Shown here piece by piece: positions 22,709-36,067 of a DNA stretch of 64,000 bases. The DNA lies in assembly GCA_002189035.1 (NCBI GenBank), contig CM007989.1, positions 2,666,001 through 2,730,000 on the forward strand, written 5' to 3'. Under the pieces are notes generated by a model. It saw only the letters and a list, made by a program, of their open reading frames with translations, was not told the DNA's origin and did no database searches. The position numbers and the translations under genes are program-made. Numbering within the stretch: the first letter of the stretch is position 1; every line of letters starts with the position of its first letter. Origin of the DNA: Utricularia gibba. Taxonomy: Eukaryota > Plantae > Magnoliophyta.

Positions 22709-25700
22709 ATGGACCGTGCTTCAAGATTTTCGAATGCTGTGAATTTGGGGCGTGGAAACTTGAGTAAGGCACCGGCGGTTGAAAGTGACGGCCCTGGGAT
22801 TAAGCCCCCGCCACCTTCCATACTCGATAGATTTTGGAATATGGTGAAAGACAGGGAGGAGGAGCTTAGGTTTTTGCGTGGTGGGGCGTCTCTTCCGTTG
22901 AGCGGAGATGAGATTGTGAGGGTTTATGAGATCATGTTGTCGGAACTGACTCTTAATTCGAAGCCCATTATCACTGACCTTACTATAATTGCTGGAGAGC
23001 AGAGGGAGCATGCCAAGGCCATTGCGGACGCCATCTGCACACGGATATTTGAGGTATAGAAACGAGGATATTGTAGGCTGGGGACTTAGGTATTTCATTT
23101 GTAAAGGAGGCGGAAGATCTTACCTTTTAAAGCTTCGTCTTATCATTTCTCTTTTTTTCGTTTATCGTCCTACGGTTTTAATCATATAAAGAACATAAAG
23201 TATATCAAGTATGAAGAATTCTCTCTAATATCAATGTGTCATCAAAACTACCCAGAATTATCTAACATACAGGGTGCAATAAGCCTACGGGCTTTGAAAC
23301 TGCTAAAACTAATATGATACATATTCATATTTATGCAGAAAGACGTAAAGTTTTGAATCACATGATAATGTCTGCACAATATTGATGATACTGGTAGCAT
23401 ACAAGGAAGTTCTGACTTCATCTTTTTATGTAACAAGATGTCTGACTTTGTCTTTTGTAGCACTGCTTTATTTGCACGTTGTTAGCATGTATATTGGTGT
23501 TCTGTGGTCTTCATGTATTAACAATGTCCATCAGAAGGCTTTGAGCAAATATGATATCGGATAAAGCTGAGAATAAGGCATCCTGATTTGTGATATTGCG
23601 TCTTCCCTGAAAATATGCCTTGTGTAGCATTCACAATTTAATTCTGTCCTGTGTAACGAAGAGATTGATTATCAAACTACACTTTCTCATACTATAAAAT
23701 TTTGTTTCCTGAGCTCTTCTCTCTGTCATGTTATAAGAAGTTTTCCCAGTTACCAGCATGTGTCTAGTGATATCTTGTTTCATTCTTCATTTTATTGATG
23801 TTGATGTTGGATTTTATAATCGACTGAAAGACACTTGCCTTTGTTTTTCCTGAAGCTTTCATCATTTCATTCTACTTTATGCGAATATGTGACAGTTGAC
23901 CTCTGTAGTCTTGGTGCTGTTTTTAGTATTATTTCCTTACGCCTGGTAGTTTGAGGCAGAAAGCAAATGCTTGATGCCTTCAGCCTGCATTGCCTAAGGG
24001 CACAAGCAACTATTGACTCAGGAACTTAAGTACTCTCCTGCTGACTGTTATCATGCTAATTTTTTGTGGCTGAACAACATTGTGTATTTGGTTTCTGTTC
24101 GTTATTCCATTTATTTACAGTATTATTGAGCATCGAAGTATTCCCACTTGATTGTACAACTACTTTTCTGCTCAGGTCCATGTTGATCAAAAGCTTCCTT
24201 CTTTGTACCTATTGGACAGTATCGTGAAGAACATAGGCAAGGAATATATTATGTATTTCTCTTCCCGTTTGCCAGAGGTGAGAATAATATGTAGTTCATT
24301 ATCAATTTTTTCTTCATAGCATGTATCCTACTTTGAACGTCTGTAATTGCATTTATAAAGGTTTTCTGTGAGGCCTATTCACAAGTCCACCGAAATATGC
24401 ATCCAGCAATGCGCCATCTTTTTGGAACTTGGTCATCAGTTTTCCCATCATCTGTACTCCAGAGAATTGAGGATCATTTGCAGCTTTCGCCATCTGTAAA
24501 GGTTCAGTCTTCAGGATTCAGTTCCTCTAGAGCGTCTGAATCACCTCAACCATCACACGGGATACACATAAACCCTAAATACTTGGAAGCACATCGAAAA
24601 TTGGGAGATTCAGTAATAGATTCGGTATTGTTTCATGGAATTTGAAACTTTAATTCCTTTTCCTTCTGGAACTTTGACTGCATTAATTTATGTTTTGTAT
24701 CACCTCTCAAGGAAGCTTCATGTTTGCAGTTTGGAACGGAAGGGGTAACCCCTACTGGTCGTGCAGGGGTTGTAACCACAGTTCTTAATCCTGGGAAGAA
24801 GTCTCTGACTTCAGCTCCTAGAATAACAAAATACAATACTGACATTGATCTTCGAGGTCCTAGGGCTTTGATTAGTGCCTATGGAATTGATGAGAGAGAG
24901 AAAGATCTATACCGTAAGCATCATGTGTCTGAGCTGGGGTGACTAATGGTTTGGACTCCAATATCTCTAGGCAAAGTTGGCAAAACACAGAGGAGGAGGA
25001 ATTTAACTGGGAAGATATGACTCCTGGTTTAGCTGATAGACGGCAGTCTAATGAACTGACTTCTTCTCTTCAATCCTTCGGTGGCCCATTGGTGAGCCTG
25101 TTAACTTGGTTTAGTACTTAGATGTCTCTACATATAGGTTGTTTGTCTTATGACCTGCCCTCATCTGTTGGCATCTATTATTCTTATTTTTTTTTTCACA
25201 TTTTTTCCTTTTTTTACTTTTGTATTCTGAAGTGATCTTAATCCTGTTCGCCTGCACCTTTCAGTCCGGCCATGCAGGTGCTGGCGATCTTAGAAGTAGG
25301 CTTCTTCCTTATGGTCTTGGCCGAGAGGTCTCGAGATTGCAAAATAAAGGTGAACGCAGAAGTGTTGGAATTTTTATTCATCAATATCCATGCTAAAGTC
25401 ATGGTTACGCTATTACAGAACATTGAGTTTTAATGTTGTCGCTTTGCTCTCCAGCTCCAGATATTCAGTTGTCTGACTCAACATCACTTTCAAAATCTCT
25501 GCGTCCTTATGGTGCATTGAGTAATAGGGATTCGCTGCCTGGGACTGTTACTGCATCCCAAATGACAATCAGGAGTCAACTAGGGACACCGCACATTCCT
25601 ATTCGTTTATCTGGAGCTGGAACAACACTCCAGTCGAATTTCTTGATGGACAAGGAAGGTAGACGGAAAATCCATCCGAATCCATCTGGGCTTCCATCAA

Positions 25701-26831
25701 ATGTGTTGGCAACGCCTCTTAATTATGGATATTCTTCCCATCTTCAAGGTTTTATAGTATTACTGCTTCACCTAAGGATGAAATAAATCTTCCCGTTTTG
25801 TAGTTGGCATAATTTGTGTATTCGAATTCTTTGTTACAGGTTTACAGACCCTACCAGGGAGTACTCTTGCTGGCACAACTCATTTGTCTCATCGTGGTCA
25901 AAATGTCGGTCAGGTTGGTCCTAACCAGCCTGCGGAAGTTCACTCACAGGCCTCTTTAGTTCTCTGATGGCGCAGGGCGTGATATCATTATCAAATCAGG
26001 TGTTTGAGCCCCCGTCATCCTACATGTTTATGCATTAGATCTGTAAAAGTTTTCTTATATTCCCTTGCTGTCAATTACCTTCAAACAGGACTCTGTTGGA
26101 GTGGATTTTGATCAAGAGAGCCTCAAGGTGCGCCATGAATCTGCAATCACTGCCTTGTATGCTGATCTTCCTAGACAGTGCACGACTTGTGGCCTCCGGT
26201 TTAAAAGCCAAGAAGATCATAGAAAGCATATGGATTGGCATGTCAGCAAGAACAGGGCTTTAAAAAATCGCAAGACTAAGCCATCACCCAAGTGGTTTGT
26301 GAGTGTTAGTATGTGGCTCAGTGGGGCAGAGGCACTGGGTACAGAAGCTGTTCCCGGATTTCTTCCAACTGAGGGTACTGCAGAAGAAAAGGACGATGAG
26401 GAGTTGGCCGTTCCTGCTGATGAAGATCAGAATACCTGCGCTTTGTGTGGGGAACCTTTTGATGATTTTTACAGCGATGAGACGGAGGAGTGGATGTATA
26501 AGGGTGCTGTTTACATGCATGCACCTTCTGGGTCGATTGCTGGATTAGAGAGATCTATGTTGGGTCCTATTGTGCACGCCAAATGCCTATCTGACTCCCA
26601 TGGGGCTCCAACCGATGATGTTAAAGCAGATGAACTGGTATGCCTTTCCTCCTTTCATTTCCCTGATTTTTGTCATCTGGTAAGCAACTGGCGTACCTAA
26701 GTATTGTCACGGACGTGTAGCAGTGTTGCATCTTTTTGTCTAGGTGGTGTGGTCGGATTTTCCTTACCATTCCTTTTTGCCTGCAGGAATCTGCCGAGGA
26801 TGGTAGTCAGCGGAAAAGGATAAAGCTTTAG
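22709..26831 (+). CDS. PCFS4: PCF11-like polyadenylation factor (CID plus two zinc fingers), multi-exon; apparent 1-nt deletion in the G-run at 24936-24939
   Basis: [36 protein letters not shown] (CID), [61 protein letters not shown]. Last exon ends ...QRKRIKL*. Confidence 0.92.
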
Positions 26832-27879
26832 ATTTCTTAGGCTCACATTTTTAACTAGCTTCCAGTCCCAGTTTTCCTTCACCCCTGTAAGTTCGTTCCT
26901 GTTTCTCATGTAACTGTAATGATGTTCTCCCACAAGCGTAAGGTTATACAAAACGTTGATCATCAATAGATCTCTCGGCATTTCCCTGTCTTGCTCAGTA
27001 GAGACACCTCGGGATGCTGCAACTTTACTATTGATTGAAGTTAGAAGACATCTGAGGGTATCATGAGACTGCCCTCTTTTGAAAGCCAAGATTTCCTCAA
27101 TGGGTCTGGCCTGCAGCAGTCAGTCAGTCCCCCAAATCTGCGTCTGCAGCAGCCCGAAATATGTGTTGTTTGCAGGGAAAGGGACCAGCTTTGAATGCAC
27201 CGGAAGAAAACCAGAGTTTTGTAGTATGTAGTTGTCTCCATTCCCTGTATCAGAGTCGCTGTTTCCCTCCACGTTTTATCGTTTGTTGTGGGTCTTGCAG
27301 GTGCCCCTCCTACATTTCTCCAGTGGATTCCTAAACCTTTGTTAAAGACTGTAACTTTTTTTTCTTTACCCGCAGTAATTCGCTGTAAAACTTTTTCCTT
27401 TTGGTCTGCGAGGTCTGAGTGGGAATGACGCTCTCAAAGTCCCCATCAGCACGTAGAGATGATCTCCAGAGCCCTGTTGTTGTATTTGCTTGTTTTTTGG
27501 TCCTAATTAATAAATAATATAAAATTATTATTCAATTCATGGCGCCGGCGCCGTTGGAGTGATTGCTCCGTACGGTGTCTCGTGGAGTAAATATATTAAA
27601 AACTTAATTCAATTTCGCATTTAAATCCAGGCCTGCACTTGTTTATCCACCACCACCTTACCATACCCAAAAATTTCCTTATAATAATAATAACATTATT
27701 ATTATTATTATTAATTAGGATACATTCTTAATACCGTAATCCTTTCCGAAATTTAGAAACAGGAGAGTATTCGATATTTAGGTATTTTTTTTATTATTAA
27801 TTGTTAGGAGTTTTAATTTTGTATTAAGGGGTGGATTTGTTAGTAATACGCGTGATTAAGGGAGCGCGTAGGCGCTTAT

Positions 27880-27887
27880 TTTGGCGG
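27880..27887 (+). promoter_or_regulatory. Candidate E2F site TTTGGCGG about 150 bp upstream of CYCD5
   Basis: Matches the WTTSSCSS consensus. A short motif, so it may be chance. Confidence 0.3.
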
Positions 27888-28030
27888 CACGAGTGCCCCC
27901 TCCAACTCCCCTCGTCCCCACGATCGTTAGTTCTCTCGCTCCGTATCAGCAGCGCGTATTATATATACATGCATATATAGCGGAGCGCTGCGTTCGCGTA
28001 TGGATTTCGTGTTTGCTGGCGAAGAAATAG

Positions 28031-29280
28031 ATGGAACCGGAATCTGGGTTTTCGTTTTCTCCTGGGAATCTGCTGCTCTGTGGAGAAAGTGTTGACGCCC
28101 TGTTCCTAGAAGACGAGGATTTTGATGAAGTGGGTTCTGTTGCTGAGGCCATTCTGCGGGAGTCGTATGAGGAGGATTACCTAGAAAAGATTATTGAACG
28201 CGAAGCTTCGAGTGTTGGGGTTGCTTTGGGTGAATTTATGGATGACTGGGTGCAGGAGGCGCGACTCGATGCCATTCGCTACATTCTAAGAGTTTGTGCT
28301 GCTGCGCCCCGCTCCTTAATGCATTGTTTCCAATTTCAGTTATTTATCCGGTTGTTGAATTCTTCGTTGCAGAAGAGGGAAATTCTTGGGTTTAGATTCC
28401 AGACGGCGTATGTTTCAGTAACGTATCTCGATCGTTTTCTCTCGCGGGGATCTCTTAATGTGAGTCGTTGATTCAATTTACTCTTCTGGATTGATTGCCT
28501 CTGGCATGATGATAAACTTAGCAATTTTGTTTGATGGATTCAGGAGGAGGCACCATGGGTGGTGAAATTACTGTCTATGGTATGCCTTTCCCTGGCTGCG
28601 AAAATGGAAGAATCAGGAGTAACAAAACTATGGGAATTCTGTCTAGAGGACTACAACTTTGGAAGCCAAATGATGCAGAGAGTTGAACTTTTGGTGTTGA
28701 TCGCATTGGACTGGAAAATGGGAACCGTCACTCCCTTTTCCTTCATTCGCTTCTTCTCAGTGAAGCTCTGTGACAACTACTTCCCTACCAAAAGTGCAAT
28801 AACTGCAACTGTAGAACTCATTCTAAGCTCCATGACAGGTACTTCACTTCGCATTGGTTTTTGGGTTCTTGAACATGCCTTAGACTCCCACAATATGTGA
28901 ATGCAGATTTGAGTATAAGGAGCCACAAGCCATACGTTGTGGCAGCTGCAGCCACCCTAGTTGCCACCGGCAAGAGGCTCCCAAGAGAGTCCTTGCAGCA
29001 AAGGATCAGCTCCATATCCAGTTCCCTAAATGCAGTATGTACTTGCCTTCAGTTCCCTTTCTCCTGCACATCAAGTACTCCCATCTCATCCCCTGCCTCT
29101 GCAGGAAGACATCATTTCCTGCTATGCATCACTCGCAGCAATGAACAAGGAAAATACCATCTCTCCTGTATTTTCACCTCGTGGGGTAGTGAGAAACTCC
29201 CTCATCTCCCATCTGCAGGCGTAAAAAGGAAGCTGGTCTTCAATGAAGAACAGGGCACTGCAACAGAACAAGAAAACTAG
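28031..29280 (+). CDS. CYCD5: D-type cyclin, CYCD5-like, multi-exon; apparent 1-nt deletion in the G-run at 29183-29186
   Basis: LxCxE (LLCGE), cyclin box (ARLDAIRYIL, TAYVSVTYLDRFL, CLSLAAKMEE, ELLVLIALDWKM), C-terminal KRKLVF in the shifted frame. Confidence 0.88.
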
Positions 29281-30962
29281 TTCTCCCATGGCGGCATCAC
29301 CTTCGGCATAGATGAATTATTGAGTATAGAGAGTGGGGTTTTAATTTGTTCCGGGCAATGACATCAAATAGCAGATACACTCATTTGCTGGTACAAGAGG
29401 AGAAGGAGAAAGCCAGCCCCTACCAACAAAGGCTTGTGGCACTCACCTTTTCTTTTTATTATTCTTATTATTATTATTCACATTCATTCATTATGTACAG
29501 ATTTTATTTCCTTATTTATGTATATAAATTGGACTGTGTATTATTTATTATTTATTTATGCATTTTACATTGGAGTTTTTTTTTTCATATTTTCCAATTT
29601 CCAAAAGTAAATAAATAAAATTACTTTTTTCTTATTGGGCCGGAGGCCTACCAACTCCCGCCAAAAGCCCAATTTCAGATGGAGGAAGGCCTGGTAGTCC
29701 ACTTTCTCAGGACAAGTGGTGGTGACGTCATCTTATTTTATATGAATAATTTTTAATAAATGGATCAATATTCTTATTAGGTAGGGGGTGTATTAACAAC
29801 TAAAATAATTCCATTTTATGTGTTAATTATGGTGCTCCCTGCCCGCTGCCCGGCCCCCGCCTATCTCCATTCAACTCTCTGACCAAATTGTTTACCGTAT
29901 TAATTAATTAATTAATTTTACATAAGGATCCTATTTTTGTGCCACATTGCATAGATGTCCCTACATCTTATACCGCTTACATGTGCATCTATAAGTACTT
30001 AAATCAACTCTTCTCATACATTATTATAATCTAAGAACATTGAATTAAAAAAAATCATATTAATATAAGAATTATAGTGTTTTTTAGTTATATGATTTAA
30101 AATAAAATAAATCTTGATGGATAAATTTAATGATAATTCTCATACATTTGAATGGTGTAAAAGTGTTAGAATTTTCTAATAAATTTAAAACAAAAGATTT
30201 GCATTTATTTGTGTGTTGATAAAAAGGGGATTAAAAATAAATTTTCTGTTTAAAATAAATTTAAATAAAAACAATTACTAAACACTGCCCTATTGATCAA
30301 TTTGAGTAGCATTTCATTTATTTTATTTTTAAAAAATGACTATAAATGGAATAGGATGCTAGTAAGTGGGTTACTATAAATAAATATTTGAGGCATTGCT
30401 TTGTGAAGGTGAAGCAATGGTGTTTGTGTTTTAGATATCTAAAGTGGTAATAATAATAATAAAGATTGGAAATTTACTAATACAAGAGGAGGAAGAAGTC
30501 AGTCAGAGAAGAGAACAACACCCCTTCCTTCACCCCTGGCCCCGTCCTTCCTCCACTTTACCATTTTTTCACGTTCTTCTTTCGTGTTTTGATTGGAGTT
30601 CTTCAATGGGGTTTCTCTTCTATCAATTGGGTATTCTTTAATGGCTTCTCAGCTCGGAGACCCATCCTGTTTTTGGGTTGTCTTCTAGTGTGTGTAAGAG
30701 TTTGGTATTTTACTGATTATGTGACTGCAGAATTGAGCTTTTATTGTTTTTGAATGTATTTCTTGCTGGGTTCCCTGGAAATATTTCAGAACCGGGAGTA
30801 TGAATGTTCCAAGTCGTAAAAACATGAGAAATCAGCTGAATTAATCTCGTTTGTTTATACCATTTTGTATAGGCAAAAGAAAGGAGTTTTGTTCGTTTGT
30901 TTGTTTGTTTTTATCAGAGCGTGGTTCGCCCCGTTGAAAGGGAGATTACCAAATATACAGGC

Positions 30963-33900
30963 ATGGGAAAGCATGGACCTTGTTATCACTGTGGTGTTAC
31001 AAGTAAGCTCTATGATTCATGGCTATGACTTTTTTTGGCATTGCATTTTTGAAACTGTCATTTTGATGAATTTTTTTCTATACTGTATTGTTGTTTTGAT
31101 CATTTGCGGATGAATTTCTGATCATTTCTGATGTTTTTGTGAAATTTGGTGTCTATATACTGGCTAATCAACGGCCAAATGAAGAATCATGCCCATTATT
31201 GTCCGTGGAGATCATGTGTTTCTAGCGTGTCTTATATTTATCTGATTAAGGCCTATATTTCAATAGATGAAATGCTTTTCTTCTATCTGCCGTTTGGATA
31301 TACTTTTTTTGTATTGACATTTGAAGCCTGGACTTGTATAAAGGGGATTTCATTATAGGTTCCATGGTAATGTGTTGCGAATTTTGTTCTGTTTCAGTTT
31401 GAAACTCATGCAATGCAATCCGTTGAATCAGTCGTAGCACTGGTTGTGCATATAGTGACCTGAATATTATTGTAGGCTGGAAAGTAACTGTGGTTCTGGT
31501 AAAGCCCTGTCAATAGGAAGTGCTCTTCCAGAATTGAACTTCCTGAAAAGCTGTTAGACTGTTGCATAAGCAGCCTCTATACATCCTCCCCAGAAAGTAG
31601 AAAAGAATCTCGTTGCCCTTGGACACTATGATTTTCTCCAACTGATTTTAGAGTATAACATTTCTCACTTCACATGGTTATGAAACAGGCACACCTCTTT
31701 GGCGTAATGGGCCTCCTGAGAAACCTGTCCTATGCAATGCTTGTGGTTCAAGGTGGAGAACAAAAGGGACTCTTGCAAATTACACGCCTCTGCATGCTAG
31801 AGTGGAACATGATGATATTGAGTCTGGATATCCTATGTTCAGAACAGCATCTAGTAAAAGTAAAGAGCGTAAAGTTCTGAAGCGCAAGCTAACTGATGAT
31901 GTAGGCGAAGTTGGAATCCCTCATCTTGAAAGTAGCCATGGAGTTCATAAAGTTTTTGATGAGGATACCAGTAACAGGTCTAGTTCTGGATCTGCCATAT
32001 CTAACAATGAGAGCTGTGCTCAATATGGCAGTGCTGATGCAAGTGAGATGACCGGTGGGTCATCGCAATGTTTTTATTTGCCGCTAGATATTCATCCTAT
32101 TGTATATTCTCTACATTGTCGTTTCTATGCTACTGATTATAGTTCCAACAACATGTATTTGAGTTTGGTTCGTTTGGTGCTCCTCAACTTTTTGTTCGCT
32201 TTCGCCAAAAGTAGAGAATGACAAATGGTTTGTACTTTTGTTGTATCTTCATAGGTCCATCTCAAGCACCAAGTGTGTGGGATTCAACAGTACCCTCGAG
32301 GAAGCGTACATGTTTTCTTCGCCCAAGGCAATCGCCAGTTGAGAAGCTCACAAAGGATCTTTATACCATATGGCAACAACAGCAGTCCTCTTGCCTTTAT
32401 GGTTCATCTGAAGAGGAGCTGCTCTTGGAGAGTGACAAACCTATGGTATCTGTTGAGATTGGACATGGAAGTGTACTTATTCGGCATCCAAACTCAACAA
32501 GTAGAGAAGAGGAATCAGAAGCAAGCTCCCTTTCCTTTGATAACAAGTTTCTAAACTCAAGTTTGGGAACTCAGCAATTCGACAAATCTGCCAATCAAGA
32601 TGTGCCTTTGCGATCTGTGAGGTACTTCCATTTGAACCTTCAAACCAACAAAGCTTTGAATTTTAATGAGATGTACATCCTTTTTCGATGCAATCTAATG
32701 TTCTAAATATTTTCTCTCAAGCAGCATCTTCTTTTGACATGATGTTGCAGCAAGAGGGAAGAACTACTTTCTTTCAAATATATTTTCTGATCAATGCTTT
32801 GGTTTCGCATCTATTTCAGGGGTGGTGGGCAAATAGACAATTTTCAGATTCTTGCAAATCATGGTTCTCCACTACGCCTTATAGATCTTCAGGTATGTGG
32901 AAAATATGAGATGCATCGTACATGTCAATGTGTGCTTCATACATTTTAAGTGGCTGTTTTCTTCGTATAAGTATGAGAAACTTCTACATCTTTCATACCC
33001 CTCATGCAACTCAAGCTCTTATCTTAATTTGATCCTCTCATCTCATGATCCTTTCTTCATACATTGACCATGTGTGTGAGTTGCTAATTTTTAGAGGCTA
33101 ATCTGTTCCTTGTTCATGTGGGAAACTCCAGGTAATGTTAACTGGTACTCTCTTGTCACTTATTTATGTAGGATATTCTTAATTTCCAAGAATTTTCTAG
33201 TCAGTTAACAAATGAAGAACAACAGAAGCTTCTTCAACTCTTACCTGCAGTTGACACAGTTGGTTCTCAGGACAGGTTAGCTCATTGCTTTCAGCGATCA
33301 TTTCCATATATCTTCATGTAGCTGAGTCTGCAGATATGCAAATTATAGAGTATTTTTTTCATGTATTGCTATGGCTTAATGAACGACTAGATACACACGT
33401 CAGTTTTGTGTTTCGCTGTATTAGCTGAGAGTTTCTATTGACTGATCCTCATTCCTTCTTGTTTCCAGTCTTAAAATGATGTTTTCCAGTTCTCAGTTCA
33501 GAGATAACGTATTGTCCTTCCAAAAGCTTCTTGCTGAAGGAGTTTTTGATGGCTCTGCCTTTAAGGTCTTTACAGAAGACTGTAGGAACTTGCAGAAACA
33601 TATCCTATCTGACCGGAGAAAATCCAAGTGGGCCGAAGAATATGTCCAGTTGAAGGTTTCTTAATGTTATTGTCTCCTCAAATGAAAGCCTCACGGCTAC
33701 ACTTACTCTTTCAATCATGTTTCATTCAGGATTTGAAGGGTAAAAGTAACGGACAAAGTGTTCTTCTTGAAGGATTCGATAATTTTGCAACTGTTGATCC
33801 AATGAGAATGAGTATGAGCAAAGCACGTGATGGACAACATAAAAAGCTTCCAGGTAGTACAAGCCTTGTGCCTTCAACTTTTTCTTCTGTGGTTGAATAA

Positions 33901-34391
33901 AAGACCCCTGGGTTCAACTTTGGAGGCTGCATACTCCAGATGGTATCTGATTTAGGCTGCAAGTCAGCCGGCCGTCGTTTCTCTGCCTTTCCTTACAGCT
34001 ACTTCTCACTTACTGGCATGTTTCAACAACCCGGAAGTGTTCTTTTTTTTTTGGCTGAAATAATGAAAAAGCATATGAACCTATACTGTTCTCCATGTGT
34101 TTGATTGGAGCTTTCTTTCCAGGACCAAATATTAAGTTGAAGATGCCTGGGGCTAAAGGTGTGAAACTAGTCGACAAGGATAGCTCCCTCCCATATACAA
34201 AAGGGTTATTTCCATTCCGGAACGATGATCTTTGTTCGATTTCCGATTTAGACATAGAGAGCTATGAACAGGATCTGTTAGTAGATGTTCCCTCCAACAT
34301 CTATCCTGAGTCAGAGCTCCTGATCCCAAGTACTGGAATGGCAAGCAGTAGCAGTTCAGTCTTCCAGGCACCCGTCCTGCATCGGAGATGA
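30963..34391 (+). CDS. GATA26: GATA transcription factor, class IV (GATA26/27-like) with ASXH/DEUBAD domain, multi-exon
   Basis: [40 protein letters not shown] (exon 30963-31002 joined to 31689), [43 protein letters not shown]. Confidence 0.9.
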
Positions 34392-34559
34392 CACAGTTTA
34401 TCATAGTCTTTTGGTTGTGTTCTCGGACTCTGTTTTGGACACGAAAGAGCCTTCTGTGTGATTTGTAACCTTCCCCCCTTGTTTGTTGCTCGTGAGGGAT
34501 GGATGGTCGGATTATACATCTGCCGTTACTGTTTGTGTATGAACATGGAAAGGTATACT

Positions 34560-35640
34560 CAGTATAAAGACAAAAAAAAAAATAATGAAAGCATGAAGAT
34601 TATTAGTTGCCATTCTAGTGCTTTGCTCCACGTATCAAAACAGTATGAGATTGCACATTACCATTCAATTGGACAACTCATTTCAGCACAATGCAAACAG
34701 TAAACTGAAAAAACATCAAATCTGTAACTTACTAATGCCACCAAGAACATTGCACACATTAAATGTAGACTAGCACCAACAATAGCACCTAGTAGCATCG
34801 AGGACTCAGAAGCAGCATCATTGCAAATGATGGAACTTCTCATACAGGATAAGAAATTCAACTCCCTAAATATTCAAGCTTTCCCTCCTCCTTCATCCAG
34901 GCTTGGGACTGGCTGCGCAATTTTGCACAGGCGGAGTTAAAAGCTTCGCATCTCAATCTAACCTAAAACAGAAACTGACAACTTAGGGCATGCCTTTAAT
35001 AAATAAAAAGCTCTAAAACGATAACTGCTAAACAGTCCTACACCACACTACCACAAATAGCACCATCCTAAAACAATAACGACATCATAAATTACCACCA
35101 TTGCTCCGCAGCCCCGAGGTTGCAATGGAAAAAGAGGATGGATGCTAAAGCTCTGCAGACTAACATTAATCACCAGAATGATGAATACGAAAGGTCACAA
35201 GTTTGATTCTTGGAATGCCCTTTTTTGCCCCATTCATAAGAACCCAATTTTAAAGACATCCATTAATTTCAAAAGCGTGAATTTCAATTAGGGTTTCAAT
35301 TTCTTTTTTAAATCCAACAATCTAATCGAACCGGCACCAACCGCCAATCAAAAACACAAATAGAAATATATCCAGGAACGAACGAAAAAAAAAGCCCTTC
35401 AGATTGATACAAAATCTACACAAAGGAACAACAAGAAATCATGGAATCAAGAAGAAGGAAGAACAACAAACAATTTCAGAAACAAAACAAAATAAATCTG
35501 AAAGATTAGAAGGCAAGCAAACCTCGAAAATCACAAACGCTCCACCTAAAGACTACGAACCCTACAATCTACAAACTACAGAATCAAAGAACAGAAAAGA
35601 CATGATCTATAATTCTATATGCATGGCGTGAGTCGGTGCA
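34560..35640 (-). other. Unidentified spliced transcript (small peptide gene or lncRNA)
   Basis: T-rich intron-like minus strand. Exon 35152-35096 is flanked by ctgcag and gtaatt, with a further acceptor at 34963. Telo-box at 35289-35296 and a Site II cluster at 35665-35740 upstream. Only a 36-aa spliced ORF, not recognised. Confidence 0.4.
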
Positions 35641-36067
35641 TTGGGACGAATCATAAATTGGGGAAAAGCCCAATTGTAGTATTCCTGGCCCAATATCAGG
35701 GTCTATGCGGGCCGTTGTATAGACCTATATCAGGCCCAAATTGTATGTGGATATGTGAAATTACCTTCAAATATAATATGCCCATAAAAATTTAGTTATT
35801 TTTAAGACGTTGCTTCAAATAAATTCATAATTTTCAGACACTTTATTTATATGTAATTTATATTTTGGTTTAAAACTATTTATAAATCAATAAAACCAAG
35901 CGGTTTCTTTGCTCTCACTCACAAGAGATCAAGTCCACAAAGTGAGAGCAAGGCCTATGTAACAAAAGATGCACATAAAATAATCTAAGAGGTGCGGCAG
36001 TGAATAAACTACTACATTTTTGCTGTTGTTGTGTATCCACAGACCTCCAACTGCAAATTCTGAGGAC

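Noticed and set aside
27681-27714. (AAT)n/(ATT)n inverted microsatellite hairpin
   Set aside because: Simple low-complexity repeat in an AT-rich spacer with no further support.
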